From NCBI GenBank assembly GCA_958441075.1, contig CAUCBQ010000001.1, positions 1 to 54,233 on the forward strand: DNA of 54,233 bases. The letters run 5' to 3'. The notes under the pieces were generated by a model. The model did no database searches. It was not told the DNA's origin and saw only the letters and a list, made by a program, of their open reading frames with translations. The DNA comes from an uncultured Clostridiaceae bacterium. Its GTDB lineage: Bacteria; Bacillota; Clostridia; Lachnospirales; Lachnospiraceae. Below are positions 19,751-28,469 of the stretch, piece after piece. The position numbers and the translations under genes were made by a program. Positions within the stretch are counted from its first letter, which is position 1, and each line of letters starts with the position of its first letter.

Positions 19751-20299
19751 TTACTCCACATCCTCAAATGCTGTCACATACTCGAGTGCTGACGCACCCT
19801 CCATATCCTGACCATCAATCTGTACCGTCAAAGTGGAGAGTTCAAAATTTTCTATAAAGGTATTTCCAATTTCCACCAGAAACTGAGCGTCACTGACGCC
19901 TTCTTTATTCTCTGCCTGGTTTAAGTTGAGAACGCCCTTTGCATTCTCCTCTTCACCTGTTTTATTAAAGGCAATAACCTCTGTTCCCTCAGTGAAAATA
20001 CCGTATTCCACCATCTTGTCTACCAGTGCCTGGGCATTGAGATCGTCGTCTTCAAGGGAATCCATCTCCTGAACCAGACTGTCTCCGGCACCCTTGTGGT
20101 AAACAGAAATAACAGCCACTGGCTCTATATTGGGATCAGGAACCTTGTCAGAAGCTCCGCCGGTGGTTGGAACCACTGCCGGGCCTGAATTCTCCGCTGC
20201 TGCTGTTGTTTCTTCCTTCTTCTTCTCAGTTGTAGGCGTACAGGCTGCAAGGGAAACTGCCATCATTGCCGCCATCAGGCCTAATAACCATTTTTTCAT
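19751..20299 (-). CDS. lipoprotein with GerMN-like C-terminal domain
   Basis: LAAC lipobox, low-complexity linker, 'IGNTFIENF...LTVQIDG' GerMN-like end. Confidence 0.6.
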   Translation of the reverse strand: MKKWLLGLMAAMMAVSLAACTPTTEKKKEETTAAAENSGPAVVPTTGGASDKVPDPNIEPVAVISVYHKGAGDSLVQEMDSLEDDDLNAQALVDKMVEYGIFTEGTEVIAFNKTGEEENAKGVLNLNQAENKEGVSDAQFLVEIGNTFIENFELSTLTVQIDGQDMEGASALEYVTAFEDVE

Positions 20300-20316
20300 T
20301 TTAAAAACTGCCTCCT

Positions 20317-20760
20317 TTAATTCTTCTCAAAGCTACGAAACCAGGAGGTCAGCTTTGTGAGCGCTTTTACAAGAGCCTTCATCTCCTCATCTGTCAGCGC
20401 ATCCATCACTCCCTGTATCATCTGTTCATGAAAATACTTATGATGCTCGTATGCCTTGATTCCTTTTTCAGAAAGTGAAATATAAACTACCCGCCGGTCT
20501 TCTGTGCTGCGGCTGCGCACCACATAACCCTTTTTTACAAGGCTGTTCATGGAGATGGTCAGCGTTCCTACTGTCACCGACAGTTCCTTTGCAATGGATG
20601 ACATATTTTTCTTCGTTCCCACGCCGATTGCATGAATCACATGCATATCATTACTGGTCAGATCCTTGTTTTCATAGCTGGTAATAGCCTTTTCTTCGAT
20701 ATCATTGATATCCCGGAACAGATTTACCAATACATCGTTCAGTGTATCGTAGGTCTCCAC
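20317..20760 (-). CDS. fabT: MarR family regulator, FabT-like fatty-acid synthesis repressor
   Basis: LVNLF.DI..IEE..I...DLT..DMH.I..IG...VTVGTLT.S.N.L..KGY..R.RS..DRRVV closely follows streptococcal/enterococcal FabT; GTG start after AAAGGA. Confidence 0.7.
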   Translation of the reverse strand: METYDTLNDVLVNLFRDINDIEEKAITSYENKDLTSNDMHVIHAIGVGTKKNMSSIAKELSVTVGTLTISMNSLVKKGYVVRSRSTEDRRVVYISLSEKGIKAYEHHKYFHEQMIQGVMDALTDEEMKALVKALTKLTSWFRSFEKN

Positions 20761-20859
20761 GTCTCTTCCTTTCACTTTCCTCAGTATCTTTCAGATACGC
20801 TCTACTGATTGTACAGTATTTTCCTGTGTCATACAAGTCCTAAAATACTTATAAAATTA

Positions 20860-22290
20860 TTAAAAAAATGTGTCCTGCCCCTCTTTTGCAAACACCAGAC
20901 GTTTAAATGCCTCACCCCGCTCTTCAAAATTGCGGAATATTCCATAGCTGGCAGCTGCCGGTGACATAACACAGCTGCGGCCCGGTCTTGTTACCCTTTT
21001 CGCCAGACGGACTGCATCCTCCAGATGAGCTGCCAGAAGCAGTCTGGACGTGTTTTTAAAATGAGGATAATCCGAAGCGATTTCATCAAAGATTCTCTTT
21101 CCTGTAGCCTCCATCAGTATAATATGGGGAACTTCTGACTGGGACAGGTATTCGATCAGCTCTCTGTAATCAATCCCGCGGTCCATGCCTCCGATCAGGA
21201 CAGTATCCGTATCCTTCAGGGTTTTTAATGCCTGAATGGCTGTTTCGCAGATTGTGGAAATAGAATCATCATAGTATTTAGCTCCATTTACTTCCCCCAG
21301 ATACTGCAGACGGTGAGGAAGGGGTTCATACTCTTTAATACCTTCTGTAAACATCTCCTCCGGCATTCCCAGAAGACTGCACACAACATATGCCATACCG
21401 ATATCAAAGTAATTGTGCTGGCCCAAAAGGCGGATCTGGTCTGTAGGGATCTGATAGCTGCGACCTTCATAATGAATGGATGTGATCCCCTGATTTTCCT
21501 CTATATACAGAGAAGCCTGCTCCCCGCATCCTGTTTCCCGACGGTTTTCCCCCTTCCAGAAGCGCTCCAGAGGCGGTTCCGGAAAGGCGGGCTTTGCTGT
21601 AATCAGCCTGGAAGCGCAGGTTCCCGGCTCAGGCAGACACTGGACACTGCAGATCAAAACATCTTCCGGCGTCTGATTCAGAAAAATATTCTCCTTGGCC
21701 CGCACATACTTCTCCATGGTTCCATAGTGATCCAGATGCTCCTCATGGATATTGGACAAAATGGCAATATGCGGCGAAACAGTCATATATTCCAGCTGAT
21801 GGCAGGACAGTTCGCAGACAATCCTTGTCTCCGGCCCAATTTCCTCCATAAGGTCAAACACAGGAATACCGATATTTCCCACCAGAACTGTATCGTATCC
21901 TGCATGCTTCAGGAGATGGTACAAAAGAGTAGTGATGGTACTCTTTCCCTTAGTCCCTGTGATTCCGATAATCTGGTCACGGAAGCACTGAAAAAACAAT
22001 TCTGTCTGTGAAATGATGCGGCAGCTGTAATCCTGAATTGGTCTTTCAAGTACCACGCCGGGACTTTTAAATACAATATCGTAATCATTCAGACAGCTCT
22101 GATAATCAGGACCGCAGATCCACTTTCCAATTCCCTCCGGCAGTTCCCCGGGCGCTGACTGGTCGGCAACATCTACTGCCTGAAAGGTTCCCAGACGGCG
22201 CAGCAGATTCCAGGTGGATTTCCCTTCTCTTCCAAATCCCAGTAAAAGTACCTTCTTTCCCCGTATCCAGGGATCTATTTTCTCTATCAC
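20860..22290 (-). CDS. murD: UDP-MurNAc-L-Ala-glutamate ligase, MurD2-like
   Basis: GFGREG, KSPGV, GITGTKGKST, GNIG, EEHLD, PHRL, DDSIST, SPAAAS; GTG start after GAGGAG; directly downstream of a murL-like gene. Confidence 0.88.
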   Translation of the reverse strand: MIEKIDPWIRGKKVLLLGFGREGKSTWNLLRRLGTFQAVDVADQSAPGELPEGIGKWICGPDYQSCLNDYDIVFKSPGVVLERPIQDYSCRIISQTELFFQCFRDQIIGITGTKGKSTITTLLYHLLKHAGYDTVLVGNIGIPVFDLMEEIGPETRIVCELSCHQLEYMTVSPHIAILSNIHEEHLDHYGTMEKYVRAKENIFLNQTPEDVLICSVQCLPEPGTCASRLITAKPAFPEPPLERFWKGENRRETGCGEQASLYIEENQGITSIHYEGRSYQIPTDQIRLLGQHNYFDIGMAYVVCSLLGMPEEMFTEGIKEYEPLPHRLQYLGEVNGAKYYDDSISTICETAIQALKTLKDTDTVLIGGMDRGIDYRELIEYLSQSEVPHIILMEATGKRIFDEIASDYPHFKNTSRLLLAAHLEDAVRLAKRVTRPGRSCVMSPAAASYGIFRNFEERGEAFKRLVFAKEGQDTFF

Positions 22291-22307
22291 AACATTCTCC
22301 TCGTCTT

Positions 22308-23768
22308 TTATGCTTCCTTTGTACACCTTGATCTGACATAATTCTCCCAGGGCTCAGGCACCAGATTGCTGCTGTCAAAATAGGCAGAAAACTGATCCTT
22401 TCCCGACTGATACCGGTTATACAGGCCGGTTCCCTTATAATAGTCCAGAAGAAGGGGCAGCTTCCTTCCCTCTTTCTCCATCCGGTCAATGGTCAGTACA
22501 ATGGCTGAATTGATCTCATCCCTGCTTCCCACACATTCAAAAGGCTTTTCCTCCCGAATGCCTGTAAGCTGATCTAAAAGAGGCTTCATTTCCTCATCCT
22601 GCAGCATATTTCTGCCAAAGATCCTCTCCACCTCTTCTTCTGAAAGGAAGGGCGACAGAATCAGATATACAAACAGGCACTTGGGACAGCGTCCGCACCA
22701 GCTGTCCGTCTTGCTTCCCGCATTACAGCTTCTGAAAACAGCATGGTACTGCTTCTGTCCTGCAAAGAAACGGGCGATCTGAAACTCGCTTAATGGGCGC
22801 AACATACTGAAATAGTACGCACTTCCGGGAAGGTATTCTGCCTCATAGCGGTGAAAGTCTTCCTCAAATTTGAAGCTCTTGGAATACTGATGATTCACCG
22901 TGCTTCCCTTTACCGTGCTTTCATTGGCGCTGGATTCATTTGAGAGGGCCACATAGGAAAGACCAGCCATCCTGGCTGCCATGATGCTTGAAAATGCCAC
23001 CAGCGCTGAAAAAGGGGTATGTCCGTTTAAATAGCCCTGACGGTTTAATTCCAGCATATTCTGATCCAGGGTACGTTTTACATAAATCACCTGACTCTCA
23101 TCTAATCCTGCTGCCTCTGCCGTATGAATCGTGGCTCCTCTGGAATTAATGATATAAGCATACACAGGAACTCCCAGCCCCTTTAAAAGCTCCAGGGTCA
23201 CAGCAGAATCCTTTCCTCCGCCCACAGGAACCAGCACTCCCTTTTCAGAGCCTCTGACGGAAGAAAGCCGTCCCTGGCCGAAGATAATCTCTGGTTTTCC
23301 GGCTGCTGTAAATCCTTCCGGGGCGCATTCGTTTTCAGCACAGCATACCTCTGTTCCCCTGCCAGATCTGCAGTGAATCTCCATAAAATCCTGAGGATCT
23401 GCTTCTGAAATATGATTCACATAGAAAAATTCTCCCAGCCCATTAAAATACAGATCCTTCCACCAGAGAATCTGGCTGCTGTTTAACCTTCCCGCCTCTA
23501 CGATTACCTCCGGGGAACAGGTAATCTTCCAGTAGCTTACCAGTTCAACCATCCCTAAAGAGAATACCATTTCCTGAAACAGACTGTCATTTCCCCAATT
23601 TTTTCCATCTTTTGACCTCTTGGGAAAGGTCCAGACGGGGGCAAAGGATGACAGCCCTTCTATTTCAAAATCATATGTAATCTTATATGTAAGTTCTGTT
23701 TCTTCTGTTTTATATCCATGATAATAAAAACGCGGAAATTCCTTCCGAAATTTCTGATATCGTTCCAT
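22308..23768 (-). CDS. murL: UDP-MurNAc-L-Ala-L-Glu epimerase (MurL-like, PP-loop)
   Basis: VSYWK, VPVGGGKDS PP-loop, NGHTPFS, SNESSA, NHQYSKS, YFSMLRP, FRSCN, WCGRCPKC, KPFECVG; AAAGAGG RBS before ATG 23768. Confidence 0.8.
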   Translation of the reverse strand: MERYQKFRKEFPRFYYHGYKTEETELTYKITYDFEIEGLSSFAPVWTFPKRSKDGKNWGNDSLFQEMVFSLGMVELVSYWKITCSPEVIVEAGRLNSSQILWWKDLYFNGLGEFFYVNHISEADPQDFMEIHCRSGRGTEVCCAENECAPEGFTAAGKPEIIFGQGRLSSVRGSEKGVLVPVGGGKDSAVTLELLKGLGVPVYAYIINSRGATIHTAEAAGLDESQVIYVKRTLDQNMLELNRQGYLNGHTPFSALVAFSSIMAARMAGLSYVALSNESSANESTVKGSTVNHQYSKSFKFEEDFHRYEAEYLPGSAYYFSMLRPLSEFQIARFFAGQKQYHAVFRSCNAGSKTDSWCGRCPKCLFVYLILSPFLSEEEVERIFGRNMLQDEEMKPLLDQLTGIREEKPFECVGSRDEINSAIVLTIDRMEKEGRKLPLLLDYYKGTGLYNRYQSGKDQFSAYFDSSNLVPEPWENYVRSRCTKEA

Positions 23769-23865
23769 ATAAACCTCTTTCTGCCGTATGCCTCTGTAAA
23801 ACAGCGGCGTTTTCCGGAAACAGCTTCCGCTTATTTTCTGCGGAAATCCGGGGTGTACACGGTCA

Positions 23866-23894
23866 ATTATAGTGTGCAAACGGTTATTTTGCAA
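23866..23894 (-). promoter_or_regulatory. sigma-A promoter of murL-murD
   Basis: TTGCAA (23894-23889), 17 bp, TATAAT (23871-23866). Confidence 0.7.
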
Positions 23895-23917
23895 TGGATA
23901 TTTCCTCTTGTTCTTCC

Positions 23918-24445
23918 TCAAACCATCATGGATGACAAAACAGCGCTGACAGCCAGACTGACGGCAGATGCCAGCAGCCCCCCTGCCAGTACATACCGGG
24001 TACGCCGGATTCCCACAGACCCGAAATAAACGCTCATGCAGTACAGAACGGTTTCTGTGCTGCCCATAAGAATCGAAGCCATGAGCCCCACTCTGGACTC
24101 TGTGCCGTATTCCTTAAAAAGATCCAGAACCAGTCCTGTGGCAGCAGAATTTGATACCAGCCGAACCAAAGCCGCAGGAATAATGGGGGGAGGAAGCCCC
24201 AAAACAGCTGCCGGAGCCTTCAGTATATCTCCCAATGTATCTAACAGACCGGAGGAACGAAGTACACCTACAGATACCATCAGCCCAATAAGCGTAGGAA
24301 AAATTCCTCCTACGGTTTTTACCCCGTCCTTCACCCCCCGGATAAAATCATCCAGTACCGGACGGCCGGATAAAAGGCCAAAGCCTACAATATAAAAAAT
24401 CATAAGAGGCACCATGGCCTCTGATAAGAAAAGAAGAAATGACAT
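23918..24445 (-). CDS. spmB: spore maturation protein B
   Basis: F..G.KDG, P.LIGLMV.VG.LR.SG, GSTET..Y.MSVYFGSVGI..TRY. Confidence 0.9.
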   Translation of the reverse strand: MSFLLFLSEAMVPLMIFYIVGFGLLSGRPVLDDFIRGVKDGVKTVGGIFPTLIGLMVSVGVLRSSGLLDTLGDILKAPAAVLGLPPPIIPAALVRLVSNSAATGLVLDLFKEYGTESRVGLMASILMGSTETVLYCMSVYFGSVGIRRTRYVLAGGLLASAVSLAVSAVLSSMMV

Positions 24446-24492
24446 AAAAACCGCCTGACAGACCTTTGATACAGCCTATTCCTGTCAGACGG
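24446..24492 (-). terminator. intrinsic terminator of cysK overlapping the spmB promoter/RBS
   Basis: CCGTCTGACAG ... CTGTCAGGCGG stem followed by TTTTT and then the spmB ATG. Confidence 0.65.
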
Positions 24493-24501
24493 CGATTATG
24501 T
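24473..24501 (-). promoter_or_regulatory. sigma-E-like promoter of spmB
   Basis: ACATAAT (24501-24495), 14 bp, AATAGGCT (24480-24473). Confidence 0.5.
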
Positions 24502-24520
24502 AATGCTTTAACTGTCTTTG

Positions 24521-25456
24521 TTATTCTGCCCCAAAAAGCGGTGTGGAATAATACCTGTCTCCGCTATCCGGCAACAGCACTACGATGGTTTTTCCTTCAT
24601 TCTCAGGCCGTCTGGCAGCCTGCAGGGCCGCATAAAGCGCTGCACCGGAAGAAATACCCGTCAAAATTCCCTCTGTTCTGGCCAGCATACGGGCTGTTTC
24701 AAAGGGAACTTCATTATCCACAGAAATGATCTCATCGTATACCTCTGTGTCCAGCACCTCAGGCACAAAGCCTGCCCCAATCCCCTGAATTCCATGAGGG
24801 CCTGCGGCACCTCCTGACAATACCGGAGAAGAGGACGGTTCTACCGCAATTACCTGGATATCCGGATTTTTCTCCTTCAGATAACCGCCGGTTCCTGTGA
24901 TAGTTCCGCCGGTTCCTACAGAGGCTACGAAAATATCTACCTGTCCCTCTGTATCTCTCCAGATTTCCGGCCCGGTAGACTCTCTGTGCGCTCTGGGGTT
25001 CACCGGATTTACAAACTGGCCTGCTATCATGCTTCCCGGAATTTTTGCTGCCAGCTCCTCTGCCCTTGCAATTGCTCCGCTCATCCCCTGAGCCCCCGGC
25101 GTAAGCACAATCTGTGCCCCATATGCCTTTAATATATTTCTGCGCTCTTCGCTCATGGTATCAGGCATGGTAAGGATCACCTGATAGCCCTTAGCGGCTG
25201 CAATAGCCGCCAGCCCAATACCTGTATTTCCCGAAGTAGGCTCGATAATCACAGAACCTTCTTTTAAAATCCCTTTTGCCTCTGCATCTTCAATCATAGC
25301 CTTTCCCACTCGGTCCTTCACGCTTCCCGCCGGATTTAAATACTCCAGCTTCAGGAGAAGCCTTGCCTTTAAGCCTTCCTTTTTTTCCAGGTTTACAGCC
25401 TCCATCAAAGGCGTATTTCCTACCAGTTCTGCAATTCCTTTCAATATACCTGCCAT
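24521..25456 (-). CDS. cysK: cysteine synthase A
   Basis: [38 protein letters not shown]. Confidence 0.96.
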   Translation of the reverse strand: MAGILKGIAELVGNTPLMEAVNLEKKEGLKARLLLKLEYLNPAGSVKDRVGKAMIEDAEAKGILKEGSVIIEPTSGNTGIGLAAIAAAKGYQVILTMPDTMSEERRNILKAYGAQIVLTPGAQGMSGAIARAEELAAKIPGSMIAGQFVNPVNPRAHRESTGPEIWRDTEGQVDIFVASVGTGGTITGTGGYLKEKNPDIQVIAVEPSSSPVLSGGAAGPHGIQGIGAGFVPEVLDTEVYDEIISVDNEVPFETARMLARTEGILTGISSGAALYAALQAARRPENEGKTIVVLLPDSGDRYYSTPLFGAE

Positions 25457-25643
25457 AAATCTCCTCCCTGATCGTAATTCGCGAAACGATGGATTTTCCC
25501 CTATATTATAGCAGATTATTTTTCGGCTTTTTTAACAAAAACCTTAAAAAAAGATACCAATTTCCAAAAAGATTCGATATAATATAGAAAACTCCGTCCC
25601 TGACGGCGAAAAAATGCACAGAACAGATAAAGGGGGCTATGAA

Positions 25644-26987
25644 ATGGCAGATATATGGGATTTTTTTGAAAATATGGATGAGCTTGTTTATGCATCCGAT
25701 ATGGATACATACGACCTTGTATATATGAACCGGAGGGGAATGGCGCAATATGGGCTCACAGAAGCCAGCCAGTATCAGAACCGGAAGTGCTACGAGCTTC
25801 TCCAGAACTGCTCTGCTCCCTGCGCCATGTGTACCAATGATAAACTCTGTCCCGGAGAATTTTTTGAATGGTCCCGGTATAATCCCATTGTAAAACGGGC
25901 CTATATTCTCAAGGATACTATGGTGGTTAAAAACGGAAGAAGGCTGCGCATTGAGATCACCATTGATATGAATATTCATCAAAGAGAAAAACTGACCATT
26001 GAGGACCAGACGGATACAGAGGCACTGGTCAACGAGGGGCTTCGCTTTGCTCTTGCTGCGGAAACGCCCATGCGCTCTATCGACATTCTGCTTCAATATA
26101 TGGGGCAGAGCTTCAACGGAGACAGATCCTATATCTTTGAGAGAAACAGCCGAAACACCTTTGATAATACCTTTGAATGGTGCTCCAATCAGGCATCCTC
26201 CCAGAAAAATATGCTCAAAGATATTCCTGAACAGTCGTTAAGCAGCTGGATTCAGGCTTTTAACCGAAATGAAAATGTGCTTATCACAGATATCGAAACG
26301 ATCTGTACCTGCGATCCTGATATTTATGCTTTGCTGAAGCCCCAGGACATCCATTCTCTGGTTGTAAGCCCCATTATGGATGGACGGAGGCTGATCGGAT
26401 TTTACGGAATTGATAACCCGCCGCCGGGGCTTTTAAATCATATTTCATTCATGTTACAGCTCTTTGGCCATTTTATTTCTGCGCTTTTAAAACGCCGTGA
26501 TCTGGTGGAGCGGCTGGAAAATCTGAGCTTTTACGACCAGCTTACGGAAACCCGGAACCGTCATGCCATGAATAAGCTTTTAGGCCATATCTCCCGGGAA
26601 AGCAGCCTTGGAATCCTGTATGCGGATGTTATGGGACTAAAGCAGATCAACGACACTCAGGGGCATGAGGCCGGGGATCAGGCTCTGATCCGGTGCAGCC
26701 GCTGCCTTATGAATCATTTTCCCCAAAATACCGTCTTTCGTATCGGCGGAGATGAATTCCTGGTTCTATGCGTAAACTGGTCTCAAATGGAATTTGAACA
26801 TGCCGTAGACGGTTTAAAGCATGATATGGTAGAGGGCGTCTCTTTTATGGCACTGGGCTCAGTATGGACCCCCCGGTGCGATGAAAATGCAGAAAAATAT
26901 ATTTCTGACGCAGACAGCCGGATGTACGAAAACAAACGGGCATACTACCAGGCCAAAGGCCATGACCGCAGAAAACGGAGGGAGTAG
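25644..26987 (+). CDS. sensor (PAS-like + GAF) diguanylate cyclase
   Basis: KCY...PCAMC PAS-like N-terminus, DRSYIFE..EWC GAF, DQLT..RN, LKQINDTQGH.AGD, RIGGDEF. Confidence 0.9.
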   Translation: MADIWDFFENMDELVYASDMDTYDLVYMNRRGMAQYGLTEASQYQNRKCYELLQNCSAPCAMCTNDKLCPGEFFEWSRYNPIVKRAYILKDTMVVKNGRRLRIEITIDMNIHQREKLTIEDQTDTEALVNEGLRFALAAETPMRSIDILLQYMGQSFNGDRSYIFERNSRNTFDNTFEWCSNQASSQKNMLKDIPEQSLSSWIQAFNRNENVLITDIETICTCDPDIYALLKPQDIHSLVVSPIMDGRRLIGFYGIDNPPPGLLNHISFMLQLFGHFISALLKRRDLVERLENLSFYDQLTETRNRHAMNKLLGHISRESSLGILYADVMGLKQINDTQGHEAGDQALIRCSRCLMNHFPQNTVFRIGGDEFLVLCVNWSQMEFEHAVDGLKHDMVEGVSFMALGSVWTPRCDENAEKYISDADSRMYENKRAYYQAKGHDRRKRRE

Positions 26988-27010
26988 GGCATATTTGCCT
27001 GCTCCCCTTT

Positions 27011-27619
27011 TTATTTTCCGCCTTTCCTTCCCATTATTTTACAAAATATTACTGCTGCCACTGTACTTGCAGCGGTAGCCGCAAGGCAGGGCCCTGTTAT
27101 GGCTGCCGGAGACGGACTGCCATACTGGCTGCGGTAAGCAATCATATTCACAGGAATCAGCTGCAGAGAAGAAATATTCAGTATCAGAAAGGTACACATA
27201 TCCGCAGTAGCCATAGAAGGATCGCGAAACGGTATTTTCTCACTTCCGGCTTCTCCCTCCTTTTTCAGCTCCTCCATTGCCTTTAAGCCAGCCGGTGTGG
27301 CAGCCCATCCAAGACCTAAAATATTTGCGATGAAATTAATGGAAATCTGACGGGCCGCCTCGCTGTCCGGCGAAAGACCGGGGAAAAGGAAGCGCAGTAT
27401 CGGTTTCATTGTCCTTGAAAGACGTTCGATCAGCCCCGCTCCCCTGCCGATTTCGAGTATTCCCGTCCACAAAGACATAACTCCCAGCATTGTGATACAC
27501 AGGGCTACCGCCTCCTTTGCGGAAGCCAGAGCGCCCTGAGTGACCTGATCCAACCGCCCATGGACAGCCGCCCACAGAATTCCGGACAAAATCATTCCAG
27601 ACCAAAGGGTGTTGAGCAT
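27011..27619 (-). CDS. spmA: spore maturation protein A
   Basis: MLN.LW, ANILGLGWAATPAGLKAM, FLILNISSLQLIP; start reset to ATG 27619 after AAGGAG. Confidence 0.9.
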   Translation of the reverse strand: MLNTLWSGMILSGILWAAVHGRLDQVTQGALASAKEAVALCITMLGVMSLWTGILEIGRGAGLIERLSRTMKPILRFLFPGLSPDSEAARQISINFIANILGLGWAATPAGLKAMEELKKEGEAGSEKIPFRDPSMATADMCTFLILNISSLQLIPVNMIAYRSQYGSPSPAAITGPCLAATAASTVAAVIFCKIMGRKGGK

Positions 27620-27653
27620 AGATGCATCTCCTTTTCCAAATATAAGCTCTGAT

Positions 27654-27682
27654 ATTTTATGATACAGCACCCGGGAATATCC
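27654..27682 (-). promoter_or_regulatory. sigma-E-like promoter of spmA
   Basis: GGATATT (27682-27676), 14 bp, CATAAAAT (27661-27654). Confidence 0.6.
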
Positions 27683-27687
27683 CCCTC

Positions 27688-27718
27688 TTGACACCACACC
27701 CTACCCTTCTGATATAAT
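27688..27718 (+). promoter_or_regulatory. sigma-A promoter of yitT-family gene (19-bp spacer, extended -10)
   Basis: TTGACA (27688-27693), 19 bp, TATAAT (27713-27718) preceded by TGa. Confidence 0.65.
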
Positions 27719-27790
27719 AAAAATGCAGCCACCGGCAGAAGGATATTTGCCGGATACAGGCTGTAGTATATTCAGAAAGGATGTTTTAAT

Positions 27791-28453
27791 ATGTTGCAGC
27801 TGAATAAGCTGTCGCGCACTGTCACACGGGAGCTTAAGGAAACCTTTGTTCCCAAAACGGTTGTTTCTATTATCGCCGGAACAGCCATTACTACCTTTGG
27901 ACTTTATAATGTCCATCAGCAGGCAGATATCACGGAGGGCGGTATCCTGGGCCTGATTCTTCTGCTGAATTTCTGGCTGAGTATGTCCTCCTCCCTTTTA
28001 TCTCCGGTACTGGATTTTCTCAGCTATCTCATGGGATTTAAGTACCTTGGAAAAGAATTTTTGAAAACCTCCATCTTTGCCACTATCTGCATGGCCGGAT
28101 TTTTCCGCCTGTGGGAGCTGTTTCCGCCGGTTCTTCCCAGTCTGGCCCATGTGCCTCTGGCTGCCTCCATCGCAGGCGGCTGTTTTATCGGAATAGGCTG
28201 CGGCCTTGTTGTCCGTCAGGGAGCCTCCTGTGCAGGTGACGACGCTCTGGCCCTCGTAATCGCCAAGATAACAGGCTGGCGAATTTCCAGAGCCTATCTT
28301 TTTACAGACCTTACGGTGCTCGTTTTGTCCCTGTCCTATATTCCTGTAAAACGAATCATATATTCTCTGATTACAGTTACGATCTCGTCTTACCTGATTG
28401 ATTTTATTACTAATTTCGGGCGAACGAAGGAAAATACTGCTGCTGAAGCATAG
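27791..28453 (+). CDS. YitT family membrane protein
   Basis: ITEGGILG, GG.F.GIG.GL..R.G...GDD, D..VL motifs; hydrophobic helices. Confidence 0.85.
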   Translation: MLQLNKLSRTVTRELKETFVPKTVVSIIAGTAITTFGLYNVHQQADITEGGILGLILLLNFWLSMSSSLLSPVLDFLSYLMGFKYLGKEFLKTSIFATICMAGFFRLWELFPPVLPSLAHVPLAASIAGGCFIGIGCGLVVRQGASCAGDDALALVIAKITGWRISRAYLFTDLTVLVLSLSYIPVKRIIYSLITVTISSYLIDFITNFGRTKENTAAEA

Positions 28454-28469
28454 TATTGTATATATTAAG

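Noticed and set aside
25457..25643. Possible c-di-GMP riboswitch or cysteine T-box/S-box between cysK and the diguanylate cyclase
   Set aside because: The region is short and AT-rich; no GEMM, T-box or S-box consensus is visible
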